From Ostreococcus lucimarinus (Eukaryota): 64,000 bases of DNA. The stretch lies in the NCBI GenBank assembly GCA_000092065.1, contig CP000582.1; one strand, given 5' to 3'. This document shows positions 9,776 to 19,935 of the stretch, piece by piece. The notes beneath the pieces are model-generated. The model searched no databases, was not told the origin of the DNA, and saw only the letters and a list, made by a program, of their open reading frames with translations. The translations under genes were made by a program, and so were the position numbers. The number at the start of each line of letters is the position of its first letter. Within the stretch, counting starts at the first letter, position 1.

Positions 9776-11866
9776 TTGATGATGACGGCGCCGTTCGCCG
9801 CGCTGGGATCGTCGCCGGGCGTGCGCCGCGCGTCGCCGATCGCGACGGCGATGCACGGGGAGAGCGCGAACTCGATCTACGGCCACTCCCCAGGGTCGCT
9901 CGGGTCCGTCATGGGGGCGAACGGCGCGCTCGCGAGTTCGCCCGCGGGACGCGGGTCGCCCGCGGGACGACCGCCGACGATGGGGACGGCGTCGGCGTCG
10001 GCGTCGAGAGCGTCGTTGCGATCGTCACCGATGTCGGTGTCGCCTGGGATGCCGCCGTCGCCGGCGAGCGTGTCGAGAGCGAATCCACCGCTGACGCGCA
10101 CGACGAGCGGGGAGCCGGCGACGGTGAAGATTGGGTTCCAAGTCGGCGGAGGCGCGGGGAGCGAACGCGCGTCGGCGAAGCCGCCGATCGGGATGCTTCG
10201 CGCCGAACTCGCGGGTGAGTTTACGTGCGATGTCTTCGATAGCGAGGCGTATCGCCGCGCGTTGACGACGGCGCCGGAAATTTTCGCCGAGCCGACGGTG
10301 CGAGAGGCGTTTGATTTCACCGCCAAGTCGCACGCGGGGCCGGGGCTGGGACCGCACTTTGATCGATGCGTGGACACCGCCATCACGCTCGCTAAGCTCG
10401 GTATGGACGCTAAAACCGTGGCCGTGGGACTGTTGCACGACACCTTGGACGTGACGTCGAGCACGAAGGAGGACTTGCGCAAGAGATTTTCAGACGAAGT
10501 CGTCGCGTTGGTCGAGGACGTCACTCGAGTACACCGCGTTTCCAAGCTTCATCGGGCGTCGGGGCGCGTGTTGGATTTCAACGAACGCGCGCAGTTCCGC
10601 GCAATGTTACTTGCGATGACAGACGCGCGCGTGGTGATCGTCAAGCTCGCGGCGCGTCTGATAAAGATGCGCAACTTGGCGAGCGCGCCTCAGTCGCAGC
10701 AACAAGCCTTCGCGGATGAGACGCTCACCATTTACGCCCCTCTCGCCGCGCGCCTGGGGATTTTCAGCGTGAAGAACGAGCTCGAGGATCTAACATTCAA
10801 ATGGATGAATCCGCAAGCGTACGCAGAGCTGTCTCAGACGCTCGATCAGCGCGAGTCAATCGTCGCCGCGCTGAACAAGCTCGACGAAGAACTCTCGTCC
10901 CGCCGTGCGCAAGTCGTCGACTTGTGCGGACGTCAAAAGTCAGTGTATTCAGTGTACAAGAAGATGCTATCCAAGAACCAAAAGCTCGAAGACATCATGG
11001 ATTTGCGCGCCATTCGAATCATCGTCGCCGACGGCGATAACGACGCCGAGTCTGAGCAAACGTGCCGAGAGACGCTTGAAATCGCGCTGTCGACTTTCCA
11101 GTCTGTCGAAGGCAGGTCGAAGGATTACATCGCGAATCCGAAGGCGAACGGGTACCAATCCTTGCACGCGGTCGTTCGAGACGAAAACGAAACCACGTTT
11201 GAGATTCAAATTCGTTCTGCCTCGATGCACAGAACCGCAGAATTTGGCGTCGCCGCTCACTGGCGTTACAAGGAGCACGAGAAATCGGCTACGAGCGCCA
11301 AGGTGGATCAGCAAATTCAGTGGGCGCGCTTCATGTTGACGTGGCAAAACGAACTCGATGACCAGCAAAAGATTCGTCCCGCGCGCGTGGCGCACGCCGT
11401 GGACTGCGGTGCGGCGCTTCGACCTTGCATGTTCCCGACGCACTCCGCCGACTGTGCGTACAGTCGGGAGGAGGGCTTTTGCCAGTCGTGCGAAGTGGAA
11501 GACGACTCTCCGAACTACATCATCACCGTCGTCGACGGCGCTGTGGCGGTTCGCGAGATTGCGCAAAACTCCACCTTGGCTGATCTTAAGCTCGAAGACG
11601 CGCACGTCCCTGGAGGGGCGCGATCGAGTGAGTTTTACCGCGTCTCGAGCGTGCGCGTCAACAAAAAATCCATCGCGACTGCAAACGCATCCTCGACGAC
11701 CTTGAAAATGGGTGACGTCATCGAGGTAAACCGCACGCGTATTCTGTCGCCAAACAAAAGCTGGGACGAGGCGGATGACGTGTCTGTGTTCGAGGATTTG
11801 AACCTCGAAATTCACGCTTTGCCGAAGACGGACGCCGTCGACAGGACCACGGTTCGGATGATCTAA
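9776..11866 (+). CDS. RSH: RelA/SpoT homolog (RSH): (p)ppGpp hydrolase (HD) plus synthetase domains, with an N-terminal targeting region.
   Basis: The HD-domain region LGMDAKTVAVGLLHDTLDVT is present. The synthetase motif is GRQKSVYSVYKKMLSKNQKLEDIMDLRAIRIIV. A TGS/ACT-like region lies downstream. The gene starts at ATGATGATG, preceded by a (TGAT)4 run that gives stops in all three frames. Confidence 0.9.
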   Translation: MMMTAPFAALGSSPGVRRASPIATAMHGESANSIYGHSPGSLGSVMGANGALASSPAGRGSPAGRPPTMGTASASASRASLRSSPMSVSPGMPPSPASVSRANPPLTRTTSGEPATVKIGFQVGGGAGSERASAKPPIGMLRAELAGEFTCDVFDSEAYRRALTTAPEIFAEPTVREAFDFTAKSHAGPGLGPHFDRCVDTAITLAKLGMDAKTVAVGLLHDTLDVTSSTKEDLRKRFSDEVVALVEDVTRVHRVSKLHRASGRVLDFNERAQFRAMLLAMTDARVVIVKLAARLIKMRNLASAPQSQQQAFADETLTIYAPLAARLGIFSVKNELEDLTFKWMNPQAYAELSQTLDQRESIVAALNKLDEELSSRRAQVVDLCGRQKSVYSVYKKMLSKNQKLEDIMDLRAIRIIVADGDNDAESEQTCRETLEIALSTFQSVEGRSKDYIANPKANGYQSLHAVVRDENETTFEIQIRSASMHRTAEFGVAAHWRYKEHEKSATSAKVDQQIQWARFMLTWQNELDDQQKIRPARVAHAVDCGAALRPCMFPTHSADCAYSREEGFCQSCEVEDDSPNYIITVVDGAVAVREIAQNSTLADLKLEDAHVPGGARSSEFYRVSSVRVNKKSIATANASSTTLKMGDVIEVNRTRILSPNKSWDEADDVSVFEDLNLEIHALPKTDAVDRTTVRMI

Positions 11867-12018
11867 TTCCCCGCGCCGCTGTTACAACAAATTCTTTCAC
11901 CACTGTTGTACTAATTCAAAAAATGAACGACAATCATCATGTCAGCTGTTGTACTTTAGATCTTCAATGTGAATGAAATGTATAATATCACACTAAGCTT
12001 CGCGCAGCTAATGAATTC

Positions 12019-15000
12019 CTATAGACCCCCCGGAAGCTCGGCGAAATCTAAAACGCCTGACGGCAAACTGGCTACGGCAGCGCACAGCGCCATGCGGTTG
12101 CGCTTCAACTCAGCATCATCCGCCATCACAAATACGTTGTCGAAGAATGCTGTCGCGGCGTTGTCCATTTCGCACACGGCGGAGATCATATCGGTCACCG
12201 AGCACCCGTCGACAATTTTGGCTCGAGCGGCGACGTACGCCGCGTGCAAAGCTCGCTCTTCTTCGCACTCAAAGCTCGCTTCGTTGATACGCAAGTCCGC
12301 GTTGGCGCCCATTTTGCCTCGAACCAAGCGGGTTGGTCGGCTGAGGACGCGCACGCAAGTCTCGAGCGCCTTTCCGTCCACGGCGACGAGCTCAGAGATG
12401 GACGCGCTCGCCAGCGCCGGACTGCCGCCGCGTTCCTTCAAAACGGCACGCACGCACTCGACATCGTTACCAGCGTCGATGAATAATTGCTCCAAACGAC
12501 GCGTGATGAACGTCACGCACTCCTCGATGCGCTCATTTGAAACCTCCACTGGTTGCTTCGCCGCAGCGAGTTCGATCAGCGAGCGCAAATCACACGTCGC
12601 TCCTGAATTCACGATGGTTTGAACCAAGCCGTACGCCGCGCGACGAAGACCAAAGGGATCAGCAGAAGCCTTCGGGCCACCGACCACGGCGAACAATCCA
12701 ATAAGAGTGTCGAGACGATCGGCAACGGCGACAGTGATCCCTGCTGGGGTACTCGGGAGGGCATCGCCCGCGCTTCGCGGCAAGCACGCTTCGAAGATGG
12801 CTTCGCTCACATTCGCGGGCAAGCCTTCTTTCTGCGCGTAATGACGGCCCATCGTCCCAGCCAACGCGGTGAGTTCCATCACCATGGCCGTCGCCAAGTC
12901 TGCACGCGCTAAACCCGCCGCCACCGTGGCTGGAGCGACGACATCAGGTCCGTATCCGAGCGCTGCGGCGACGTCCGCGACCAAGCCTTCGACGCGTTGA
13001 GTCTTTTCCAACATGTTCCCGAGTTCTTGTTGGAACGTGATACCACTGAGCTCGGGCTTGAACTCAGCCAACGGTTTGTTCAGGTCGGTCTCGTAGAAAA
13101 ATTTAGCGTCTTCGTACCTCGCTCGAAGCACGGCCTCGTTGCCGTGCTTCACCACGCCTTTGTCGCAAGAACCGTTGGCAAAGGTGATGAAGTGCGGCTT
13201 GAGCGCTCCGTCCGCGCCTTCGACGGGGAAATATCTCTGGTGTTTGCGCATAACCATCACCAACACTTCCTTTGGGAGCGTCAAAAACGCTTCTTCGAAA
13301 TCTCCCATGACTAAATTGGGCGCTTCGACCAAATTGGCGACTTCCTCGAGCAAGCCCTCGCCGGCGCTATCGGGGATTTCGCCGCCGACGGTTTTCGCTG
13401 CAGCTTTCGCCTCGCTCCAGATGCTCGACATACGATCTTCAAAGCTCAGTACGATCGAATCCTTCGCCAGTAAGGCGTGATATTCCGCTGCATTAGCCGC
13501 AGAGTATGTGTCGGTTACATCGCCTCGAGTGCGCAACAAACGCGTCGTCGTTCCGCTGTGCACGCCGAGAGCCTCAAACGTCAGGTGATGGTCGCCGTGG
13601 ACGCCGAAGAGCCAACGGAGCGGCCGCGAGAACGCAGCTTCCGAGTTCGTGGTCCATCTCATGGCACGCGGGAAGTTGATCGCCGCGATAATCTTCGGCA
13701 AAGCTTCTTCGAGGACAGCAACGGCTGAACGTCCCTCCTTCTTCACCACGGCCCACACGTATTCGCCATCTTTTTCCAATGCGCCGGCGTCCACGCCATT
13801 CTTTTTGCAAAATCCTTGGGCAGCCTTAGACGGAGTCGTACCGTCTTCTTCGAACGCGCGCGATAACGGCGGGCCGCGCACGCGTTCCTCCACGTTCGCT
13901 TGGCCTGCGCTCAGGGCTTTGATGCTCAGCGTGAATCTTCGCGGTGTGGCGCCGACGGAAATGCCCGCGTGCGTCAAACCCTCCGCCTTGAGCAAAGCAT
14001 CGACAGCTTCGTGAAACTGACGAGACGTGCTCGTGACGTCCTGAGGTGGTAATTCTTCAGTGCCGAGCTCGATGACGCAATCCGCCGGTGCGGTGGGGAT
14101 CGCACCGGTGTTCTCGACGAGAGACTTGGCCGGCGGCGCCTCCGACAGGCCGAGTGGATACCCGAGCTCCTCGCGACGCGCAACCCAAAGCTGCGCGGTT
14201 TCGCGCGCCAATTTGCGCATCGACGCGAATAGCTTTTGACGCTCAGTTACTCCGACAGCTCCTCGCGCATCGAGTACGTTGAACGCGTGCGAAGCCTTTA
14301 ACAAGTTGTCGAACGCTGGCAACGGAAGGCGCGCCTCAAGCATGCGAAGCGCCTCCTTATCCGCCAATTCGAACCGCGAGCGGTGCGTCTCCACGCTCGC
14401 CTGATCGAGGTTGAACACGGACATTTCATATTCCTCTTGCATGCGCATCTCGCCGTACGTCATCATATCGTTGTATGCGATATCCTTGAAGTGATCGACA
14501 CCCTGCAGCGCCATCAAAATCCGTTCTAAACCGTACGTAATCTCAACCGCTGTCGGCGCCACTTTCAACGAACCACACTGCTGGAAGTACGTGAATTGCG
14601 TCACCTCCATACCGTCCATCCACACCTCCCACCCGAGCCCCCACGCCCCGAGCACCGGGGACTCCCAGTTATCCTCGACGAAGCGCACGTCGTGCGCCCC
14701 GGTGTCGATACCCAACGCCTCGAGCGAGCCCAAATACAGCTCCTGCACGTTCTCCGGCGCCGGCTTCAAGATGACCTGAAACTGCGTATGCTTTTGCACG
14801 CGGTTCGGATTTTCACCGTATCGCGAATCGTCCGGTCTCACCGAGGGTTCGGGATAACACACGTTCCACGGCTCGGGTCCGAGCGCTCGCAAAAACGTCG
14901 CCGGGTTCATCGTTCCCGCCCCAACCTCCGTGTTATGCGGCAGCACGATCGCGCACCCACGCGAGCTCCAGTACTCTTGCAATCTTAAAATCGCATCTTG

Positions 15001-15390
15001 AAACGTGGGCACGTCTTTACGCGCCGTCGTCGTCGCGCTTTCGCCGCTCGTCGCCGGCGCCGCGCTCGTCCCGCTCGTCGTCGCCGCCGAGCGCCTGACG
15101 ACGCGCCCGCGCGCCCGCGTCGTTGATGTCGTCGACACGGGCGACATGAGCGCCCGCACGCCTCGCGCGGGCATCGCGCGCGCCTTATCGGCGCGCGCGT
15201 GCGCGCTAAAGTTTCCAATTGAAATCGCCGACGCCGAGGCGCGTGCGAACGACGACGACGTCTGACGCGGCCTGATGACGACGGCGTGCGCGCCAGACGA
15301 CGCGCGGCTCGCGCGAGGGGCCCAGAGGGCGCGCGCCGCCGCGCCGGGGCGGATCGTTCGCGCGATGACGCCCGACATGGTGTGCGGCAT
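12019..15390 (-). CDS. glyS: Glycyl-tRNA synthetase, fused alpha-beta (bacterial/plastid GlyQS type), with a transit peptide.
   Basis: The alpha-subunit signature FQDAILRLQEYWSSRGCAIVLPHNTEVGAGTMNPATFLRALGPEPW...QFQVILKP is followed by a long beta-subunit region. The N-terminus MSGVIARTIRPGAAARALWAPRASRASSG resembles a transit peptide. Confidence 0.9.
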   Translation of the reverse strand: MPHTMSGVIARTIRPGAAARALWAPRASRASSGAHAVVIRPRQTSSSFARASASAISIGNFSAHARADKARAMPARGVRALMSPVSTTSTTRARGRVVRRSAATTSGTSAAPATSGESATTTARKDVPTFQDAILRLQEYWSSRGCAIVLPHNTEVGAGTMNPATFLRALGPEPWNVCYPEPSVRPDDSRYGENPNRVQKHTQFQVILKPAPENVQELYLGSLEALGIDTGAHDVRFVEDNWESPVLGAWGLGWEVWMDGMEVTQFTYFQQCGSLKVAPTAVEITYGLERILMALQGVDHFKDIAYNDMMTYGEMRMQEEYEMSVFNLDQASVETHRSRFELADKEALRMLEARLPLPAFDNLLKASHAFNVLDARGAVGVTERQKLFASMRKLARETAQLWVARREELGYPLGLSEAPPAKSLVENTGAIPTAPADCVIELGTEELPPQDVTSTSRQFHEAVDALLKAEGLTHAGISVGATPRRFTLSIKALSAGQANVEERVRGPPLSRAFEEDGTTPSKAAQGFCKKNGVDAGALEKDGEYVWAVVKKEGRSAVAVLEEALPKIIAAINFPRAMRWTTNSEAAFSRPLRWLFGVHGDHHLTFEALGVHSGTTTRLLRTRGDVTDTYSAANAAEYHALLAKDSIVLSFEDRMSSIWSEAKAAAKTVGGEIPDSAGEGLLEEVANLVEAPNLVMGDFEEAFLTLPKEVLVMVMRKHQRYFPVEGADGALKPHFITFANGSCDKGVVKHGNEAVLRARYEDAKFFYETDLNKPLAEFKPELSGITFQQELGNMLEKTQRVEGLVADVAAALGYGPDVVAPATVAAGLARADLATAMVMELTALAGTMGRHYAQKEGLPANVSEAIFEACLPRSAGDALPSTPAGITVAVADRLDTLIGLFAVVGGPKASADPFGLRRAAYGLVQTIVNSGATCDLRSLIELAAAKQPVEVSNERIEECVTFITRRLEQLFIDAGNDVECVRAVLKERGGSPALASASISELVAVDGKALETCVRVLSRPTRLVRGKMGANADLRINEASFECEEERALHAAYVAARAKIVDGCSVTDMISAVCEMDNAATAFFDNVFVMADDAELKRNRMALCAAVASLPSGVLDFAELPGGL

Positions 15391-15497
15391 GACCTCACCG
15401 CGGAGAAACCCTCAGCGTCGCGGAACGTAAAGAATAAACAATACAACGCTGGTGCGATGCGACTAAGGCGAACGCGATGGTGAACCAAATGAAAGAC

Positions 15498-16454
15498 TTA
15501 AAAAAATTCCTCCGTCCACGGCTGCATGGCGATGCGGTAGACGTCGACCTCGACGGGGCGACCGCGCGCCTTGACGAAGGTCTCGTCGGCGTCTTCGCCG
15601 CCGCCAACGGCGACCAAATATTCATACACGGTTTGCGAAGCGACGATTTGGGGACCTGATTTCGCTTCCTCGGGCGTGCGCCACTTGTACTTTGTGACGA
15701 TGCGCGTCGATTTCACGCGCGGTTCGGCGCCGACGCGACCACGGTCGACGACGATTTGCGCGAGCTCGGACGTCGTCATCGTTCTCGCGTCGTCGTCTCT
15801 GTCGCTCGACCGCGCAGTGACTTTATAAAACACGCTCGCACCGTCCCCGGTGACGAGTTTCAACACATTCGGGTCGTCGACGTTCCATTCGATCTCACCA
15901 TCGAGCGCGCGCTTCCCTCCGGATCCTCGAGACGCCTCCGCCAACGCTCTGACGTTGAACGCGCGATCGAACACCGTCTCCCCGCGTCCATTCTCCATGA
16001 ATCGCACCGGGTACACGAATGGTTCGCGCGCCGTGGCGTCCACTTCTCCTTTCAATCTTTCAAACGCGTCGACGTCGCGAATGAACTCCATGCCGAGCGG
16101 CGCGTCCACGCTCGCCGTGCGACTCGTCGTCAACCAGTTGCCCTCAAACGCGCGAGGGAAAACCAAATCGCTCGGTGCGCCCGTGATCGCGCCCCACGCG
16201 TCCGAAAGTCCACCGTTGGGCGCAGCGAACGACGACTGAGCGATGCACGCGCTCGATGCCGTCGACACCGCGCACGCGAGCGCGCTGCGGCGTCGTAAAA
16301 CGAATTCGTTCGCGTCATCGGTGTCGTCGACGTCGACGTCGCGCACGGCGTGCGGCGCGCGCGAGAGAGGTCGACGACGACGACGAGCGCGTCGTGCGTC
16401 GCGCTCGAGCCGGAAATCGAGCGCGCGCGGCGTCGGAGCAGATCTCGACGCCAT
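15498..16454 (-). CDS. Hypothetical protein with a Tat-type (twin-arginine) lumenal targeting signal. Function unknown.
   Basis: RRRSALACAVSTASSACIAQS (an RR motif, a hydrophobic core, then an AxA-like cleavage site) follows an S/T/R-rich presequence. The mature part is non-repetitive. The start may be the ATG at 16454 or an upstream alternative at 16514. Confidence 0.5.
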   Translation of the reverse strand: MASRSAPTPRALDFRLERDARRARRRRRPLSRAPHAVRDVDVDDTDDANEFVLRRRSALACAVSTASSACIAQSSFAAPNGGLSDAWGAITGAPSDLVFPRAFEGNWLTTSRTASVDAPLGMEFIRDVDAFERLKGEVDATAREPFVYPVRFMENGRGETVFDRAFNVRALAEASRGSGGKRALDGEIEWNVDDPNVLKLVTGDGASVFYKVTARSSDRDDDARTMTTSELAQIVVDRGRVGAEPRVKSTRIVTKYKWRTPEEAKSGPQIVASQTVYEYLVAVGGGEDADETFVKARGRPVEVDVYRIAMQPWTEEFF

Positions 16455-16510
16455 CGTCGCCCGTCGTCGCGCGAGCGCGGATGTGCGGCGAGTCGACACG
16501 CGCGTCGCGT

Positions 16511-18289
16511 TCATTTTACACGTTCTACTTCGCGAAGACTCGTGGGTAACGTCGTCTCGTCGAAAGTGGGTTTTCGTAAGAATCGCACGGATTCAGGGTC
16601 GCGAGTCCACGGGGCGACGAACCCGCTGGCGAGCAAGTCCTGCTCGTCCTTGCGTTCTTGCTCGGCGTTCTTGCGTTCTTGCTCGGCGTTCTTCTTCGCT
16701 TCGCGTCTCTCGCGCTTCGACTCAGAAGACGCGAAGAGTTTGCCGAATAAACCGCGACGTTTCGGAGGTTTCGATCGCTGCTTTTCGTCGTCTGCGGCGT
16801 TATCGCTACCGCTCGAGGAAGCGTCGAAATCGAGACGATCCGACGCGTGTTCATCGCCGACGCCCGCGGTGGCAACCTTCTTCGGCGCGTTCGCTATGGC
16901 AGTTGACGACGCTTCGCTCGCATTATCGCTTTCGATCGAACTTCCAGCGCCTCCAAAATGCGGCCGATCGCTACCCGTGTCGACGCGCTGGAGTATCGTT
17001 GCGGCTCTGAACATTCCGCCCATCGGCGCGGCGAGACGTCGGTAGAAAAGTGACTTGACGTTCTCCGGCGTGTCTGGGTCAAACTGTAATCGCTTGATGG
17101 AGAGTTTCGCGGACGCATTCGCGCGCGACTTCTCAAATTGGATCTCGTCAGCGATTTCAGGGGCTTTCTCAAGAGACAATCGTCGAACGCCGACGACTCG
17201 ATGCCCTTTGTGAGTAAACTTTTGCACCCCCCGTGTGTTTTCCGTCGCTCGCTTCTCGGCAAACGCAAAGTCCTGCTCCTCTTCCGTCATTTCGAACATG
17301 ATGAGGAGTAGATTGGTAAAATAATCTCTCGCCACGTTCATTGGACGCATGTCTTCCGGTGTCGCCAAATCTACCGCCGATGTGTAGCGCTCGAGCGCGT
17401 CCTCGGCCTCGTACGCCTCTTCGAAAATCTCCATACCGTGCTCTGATCCCTCGTTGTTATCCACCGAGTACGTATCCGCCTCTGGATCCCAAAACCGTTC
17501 GCGTTCGCTGTAGACGCCTTCAAAAACTTCCGGTCGCCCGGGCACGTTTTTAGACGCCGGCTGTTTCTCGAACCACTTCTCTTCTACGAGCAACATCTTG
17601 GCTAATTTCAACTCGACGTGTTCTTCGTGCGTAACGGTTCGTTCGGCGACCGCGTTGAAGGTCGGCGCGACGGCTTGGGCCGCGCTCGTGAACGCGGCTG
17701 GTACGAACCTTTGCATAAATTCCATCGCTTCGCCGTCCGGGTGATCCCACGTCGTTTCATTCGTCTCCTCGTCGACGTAATAATACTCTTCCCGCAGTTT
17801 GTCGTAATACTTCGAGTACCGACGCCCGTTCGTCGAGCTCACGAAAGATTCGCCCTCGTTCCGTCCGTCATCGATTCCCGATTCTGAGTCCGACGTCACG
17901 TCGTGTGCGTTCGGATCTTTGATCGTTTTCCACGACGGCCATTTTGAATCCTCGCGATCCTTCGTGACGGGATTATAGTAGTGCTTCCTCCTGAACTCTT
18001 TATCGACGCGCGCGTACCAAACGTCCCCAGTCGTTTTACAACGAAGCGCGGCGACGACTTCGTACCCATCCATGTCTGTCCCGATCGCGTCCATCGGCGA
18101 AGATGCCTTCGACGGGCTCGATTTACTATCCCCAGCCTCGCCCGCGTCTCGCTCGCCGCTCGGCGACGACGGCGTCGGCGTCGTCTCGGCGCGCTCGGGC
18201 GTCGACCCCGACTCGGCCTCTCTTCGCGCGAGCGTTCGCGACGAGAACGCCACCGCCGGTGCGTCCGTGATCACCGGCGATTCGGGCAT
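16511..18289 (-). CDS. WW-domain-containing protein.
   Basis: Two WW-like modules are present (WYARVDKEFRRKHYYNPVTKDREDSKWP and YYYVDEETNETTWDHP). A C-terminal K/E-rich region is ERKNAEQERKNAEQ. ATG at 18289. Confidence 0.6.
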   Translation of the reverse strand: MPESPVITDAPAVAFSSRTLARREAESGSTPERAETTPTPSSPSGERDAGEAGDSKSSPSKASSPMDAIGTDMDGYEVVAALRCKTTGDVWYARVDKEFRRKHYYNPVTKDREDSKWPSWKTIKDPNAHDVTSDSESGIDDGRNEGESFVSSTNGRRYSKYYDKLREEYYYVDEETNETTWDHPDGEAMEFMQRFVPAAFTSAAQAVAPTFNAVAERTVTHEEHVELKLAKMLLVEEKWFEKQPASKNVPGRPEVFEGVYSERERFWDPEADTYSVDNNEGSEHGMEIFEEAYEAEDALERYTSAVDLATPEDMRPMNVARDYFTNLLLIMFEMTEEEQDFAFAEKRATENTRGVQKFTHKGHRVVGVRRLSLEKAPEIADEIQFEKSRANASAKLSIKRLQFDPDTPENVKSLFYRRLAAPMGGMFRAATILQRVDTGSDRPHFGGAGSSIESDNASEASSTAIANAPKKVATAGVGDEHASDRLDFDASSSGSDNAADDEKQRSKPPKRRGLFGKLFASSESKRERREAKKNAEQERKNAEQERKDEQDLLASGFVAPWTRDPESVRFLRKPTFDETTLPTSLREVERVK

Positions 18290-18536
18290 CGCGAGCGCGT
18301 CGTTCGCGCGCGTGTACGCGTCGCGCGTCGGCGTAACACCACTAGAATCAATTCAGAATTCCAACTCACAACGCCGAGGCTTCGCGACGCGCGCCGTGGA
18401 CGCGTCGCGCGGCGGACGGGGTCGCGCGCGCGCGAACGCCGCGATGCGTGCCGCGCGGTGCGCGCGAGATCGACGCTCGGTGCGTCGAGGCGTGCGGTCA
18501 ATCGGTGTTCTCGTTCGCGAGGCTACAACTTCTACG

Positions 18537-19892
18537 CTAGTCGCTAAAACCGTACTTTTCGAGCGTTTGCCCGAGCGGGGCGATGAGAATTTGCTTTTTG
18601 CGGAGACGGAATTCTACGGCGAGGGCGGTTTCGGGGGACACGTTCGGGTCGGCGAGCGCGGCGACGTCGTCTTTGATTTTGGTGCGAAAGCGGCCGCCGA
18701 CGAGCAACGCGCGGCATCGAGAGGCGACGACGTCTAACCACGGAATACCGAGAACATCATCGCACGCCTCGATCAATTTTTCGTCGACTGAGTCCACCTT
18801 GATCTTCACGCGCGCGTCGTCGCCGAAGACGTCGCGTAGGCGCGCCCGCGTGGTCGCGTCGAGGTCCCGCCTGAACTCGTCGGCGACGTGCGCGACCAAT
18901 TCGTCGACGTTTTCGAAAATAACGAACGTGTCGTTGACGTTGGTACCCCTCGGGATGAAACCGAAATACATCAACCACACGTCGTTAGGGAACGAGCCGT
19001 AGGAAATTAAAATTTCCTCGCCCGCTTCCACGGTTTCGCCATCCGGGTCGACGACGAGCTCGAAAAACTTGTCCATCGTCGACGACGGCGCTATCTCTGC
19101 TATTTCTTCCGTCGCAGCCGCTCCCTGACACGTCTCCGGCGACGTCACCACGCGCACGATGGCGTTAAAGCGCGCGGCGTCGTGATTACACATGTCCACG
19201 CCCGGCACCAACAGTCGCGTCGCTCGCTCCGCCGCGCCGTCTCGCCGCGTGAACACTCTCGAGTGCACCACCGCGGTGGCCCACTTCAAATCCTCGACCG
19301 TCGCCCCGATCGCGGCCAATCGCTCGCCGTACGCCTCGCGCGCGCGCTCGTGCGCTCGCCGCACGGCCAACGCCTCGTCGACGACGCTTTCGTCTTCGAT
19401 TTCCCGCAGCGCTTCGTCGTCGAAATCCAACGCCGGCGTCTTCGGCGCCGGTCTCGGCAATCGCGTCAACCACGCCGCGCGTTCGTTCGACTCTCCCTCG
19501 CTCAGTTCTTCCAAGAGCGTCATCGCCATCGCGGACGACCACCGCGCGTCGTCGTCGCCGTCGTCGTCGCCGCTCGCGCTCGCGCTCTCCACCACCAACC
19601 CCCAGGGCACGCGCAGCAGCGTCTCTCCCGGCGCCAGATCCCGCACCGCCTCGACGCCGCGCGTCCCGAACGCGCGTCCGCGCTCGGTCAGCGCGATGCG
19701 CGTCGCCACGCCGTCGTCTTTCGTCGCGCGCGCCAACCACCGCGCGAAGTCTTCGTCTTCGTCTTCGTCTTCGTTCGCGCTCGCGCGCGCCCTCGCCCGC
19801 GCGCCGCGCGTCGCCGTCGCGCGTCGTCGTCGCGCCGTCGCGCGCGCCGCGCCGGCCGCGCCCTCGGCCGCGCGCGGCGCCGCGCGCGCCAT
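18537..19892 (-). CDS. SET-domain protein lysine methyltransferase, Rubisco-LSMT-like.
   Basis: The SET motifs are GETLLRVPWGLVV, VDMCNHD and GEEILISYGSFPNDVWLMYFGFIP. The real start is probably the internal ATG (MARAAPRAAEG...). The ORF-track start at 20333 is a GTG inside the neighbouring gene. Confidence 0.75.
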   Translation of the reverse strand: MARAAPRAAEGAAGAARATARRRRATATRGARARARASANEDEDEDEDFARWLARATKDDGVATRIALTERGRAFGTRGVEAVRDLAPGETLLRVPWGLVVESASASGDDDGDDDARWSSAMAMTLLEELSEGESNERAAWLTRLPRPAPKTPALDFDDEALREIEDESVVDEALAVRRAHERAREAYGERLAAIGATVEDLKWATAVVHSRVFTRRDGAAERATRLLVPGVDMCNHDAARFNAIVRVVTSPETCQGAAATEEIAEIAPSSTMDKFFELVVDPDGETVEAGEEILISYGSFPNDVWLMYFGFIPRGTNVNDTFVIFENVDELVAHVADEFRRDLDATTRARLRDVFGDDARVKIKVDSVDEKLIEACDDVLGIPWLDVVASRCRALLVGGRFRTKIKDDVAALADPNVSPETALAVEFRLRKKQILIAPLGQTLEKYGFSD

Positions 19893-19935
19893 CGAACGTC
19901 GCGACGCGCCGACCGATGCCGCACTCGGCGCCGCG

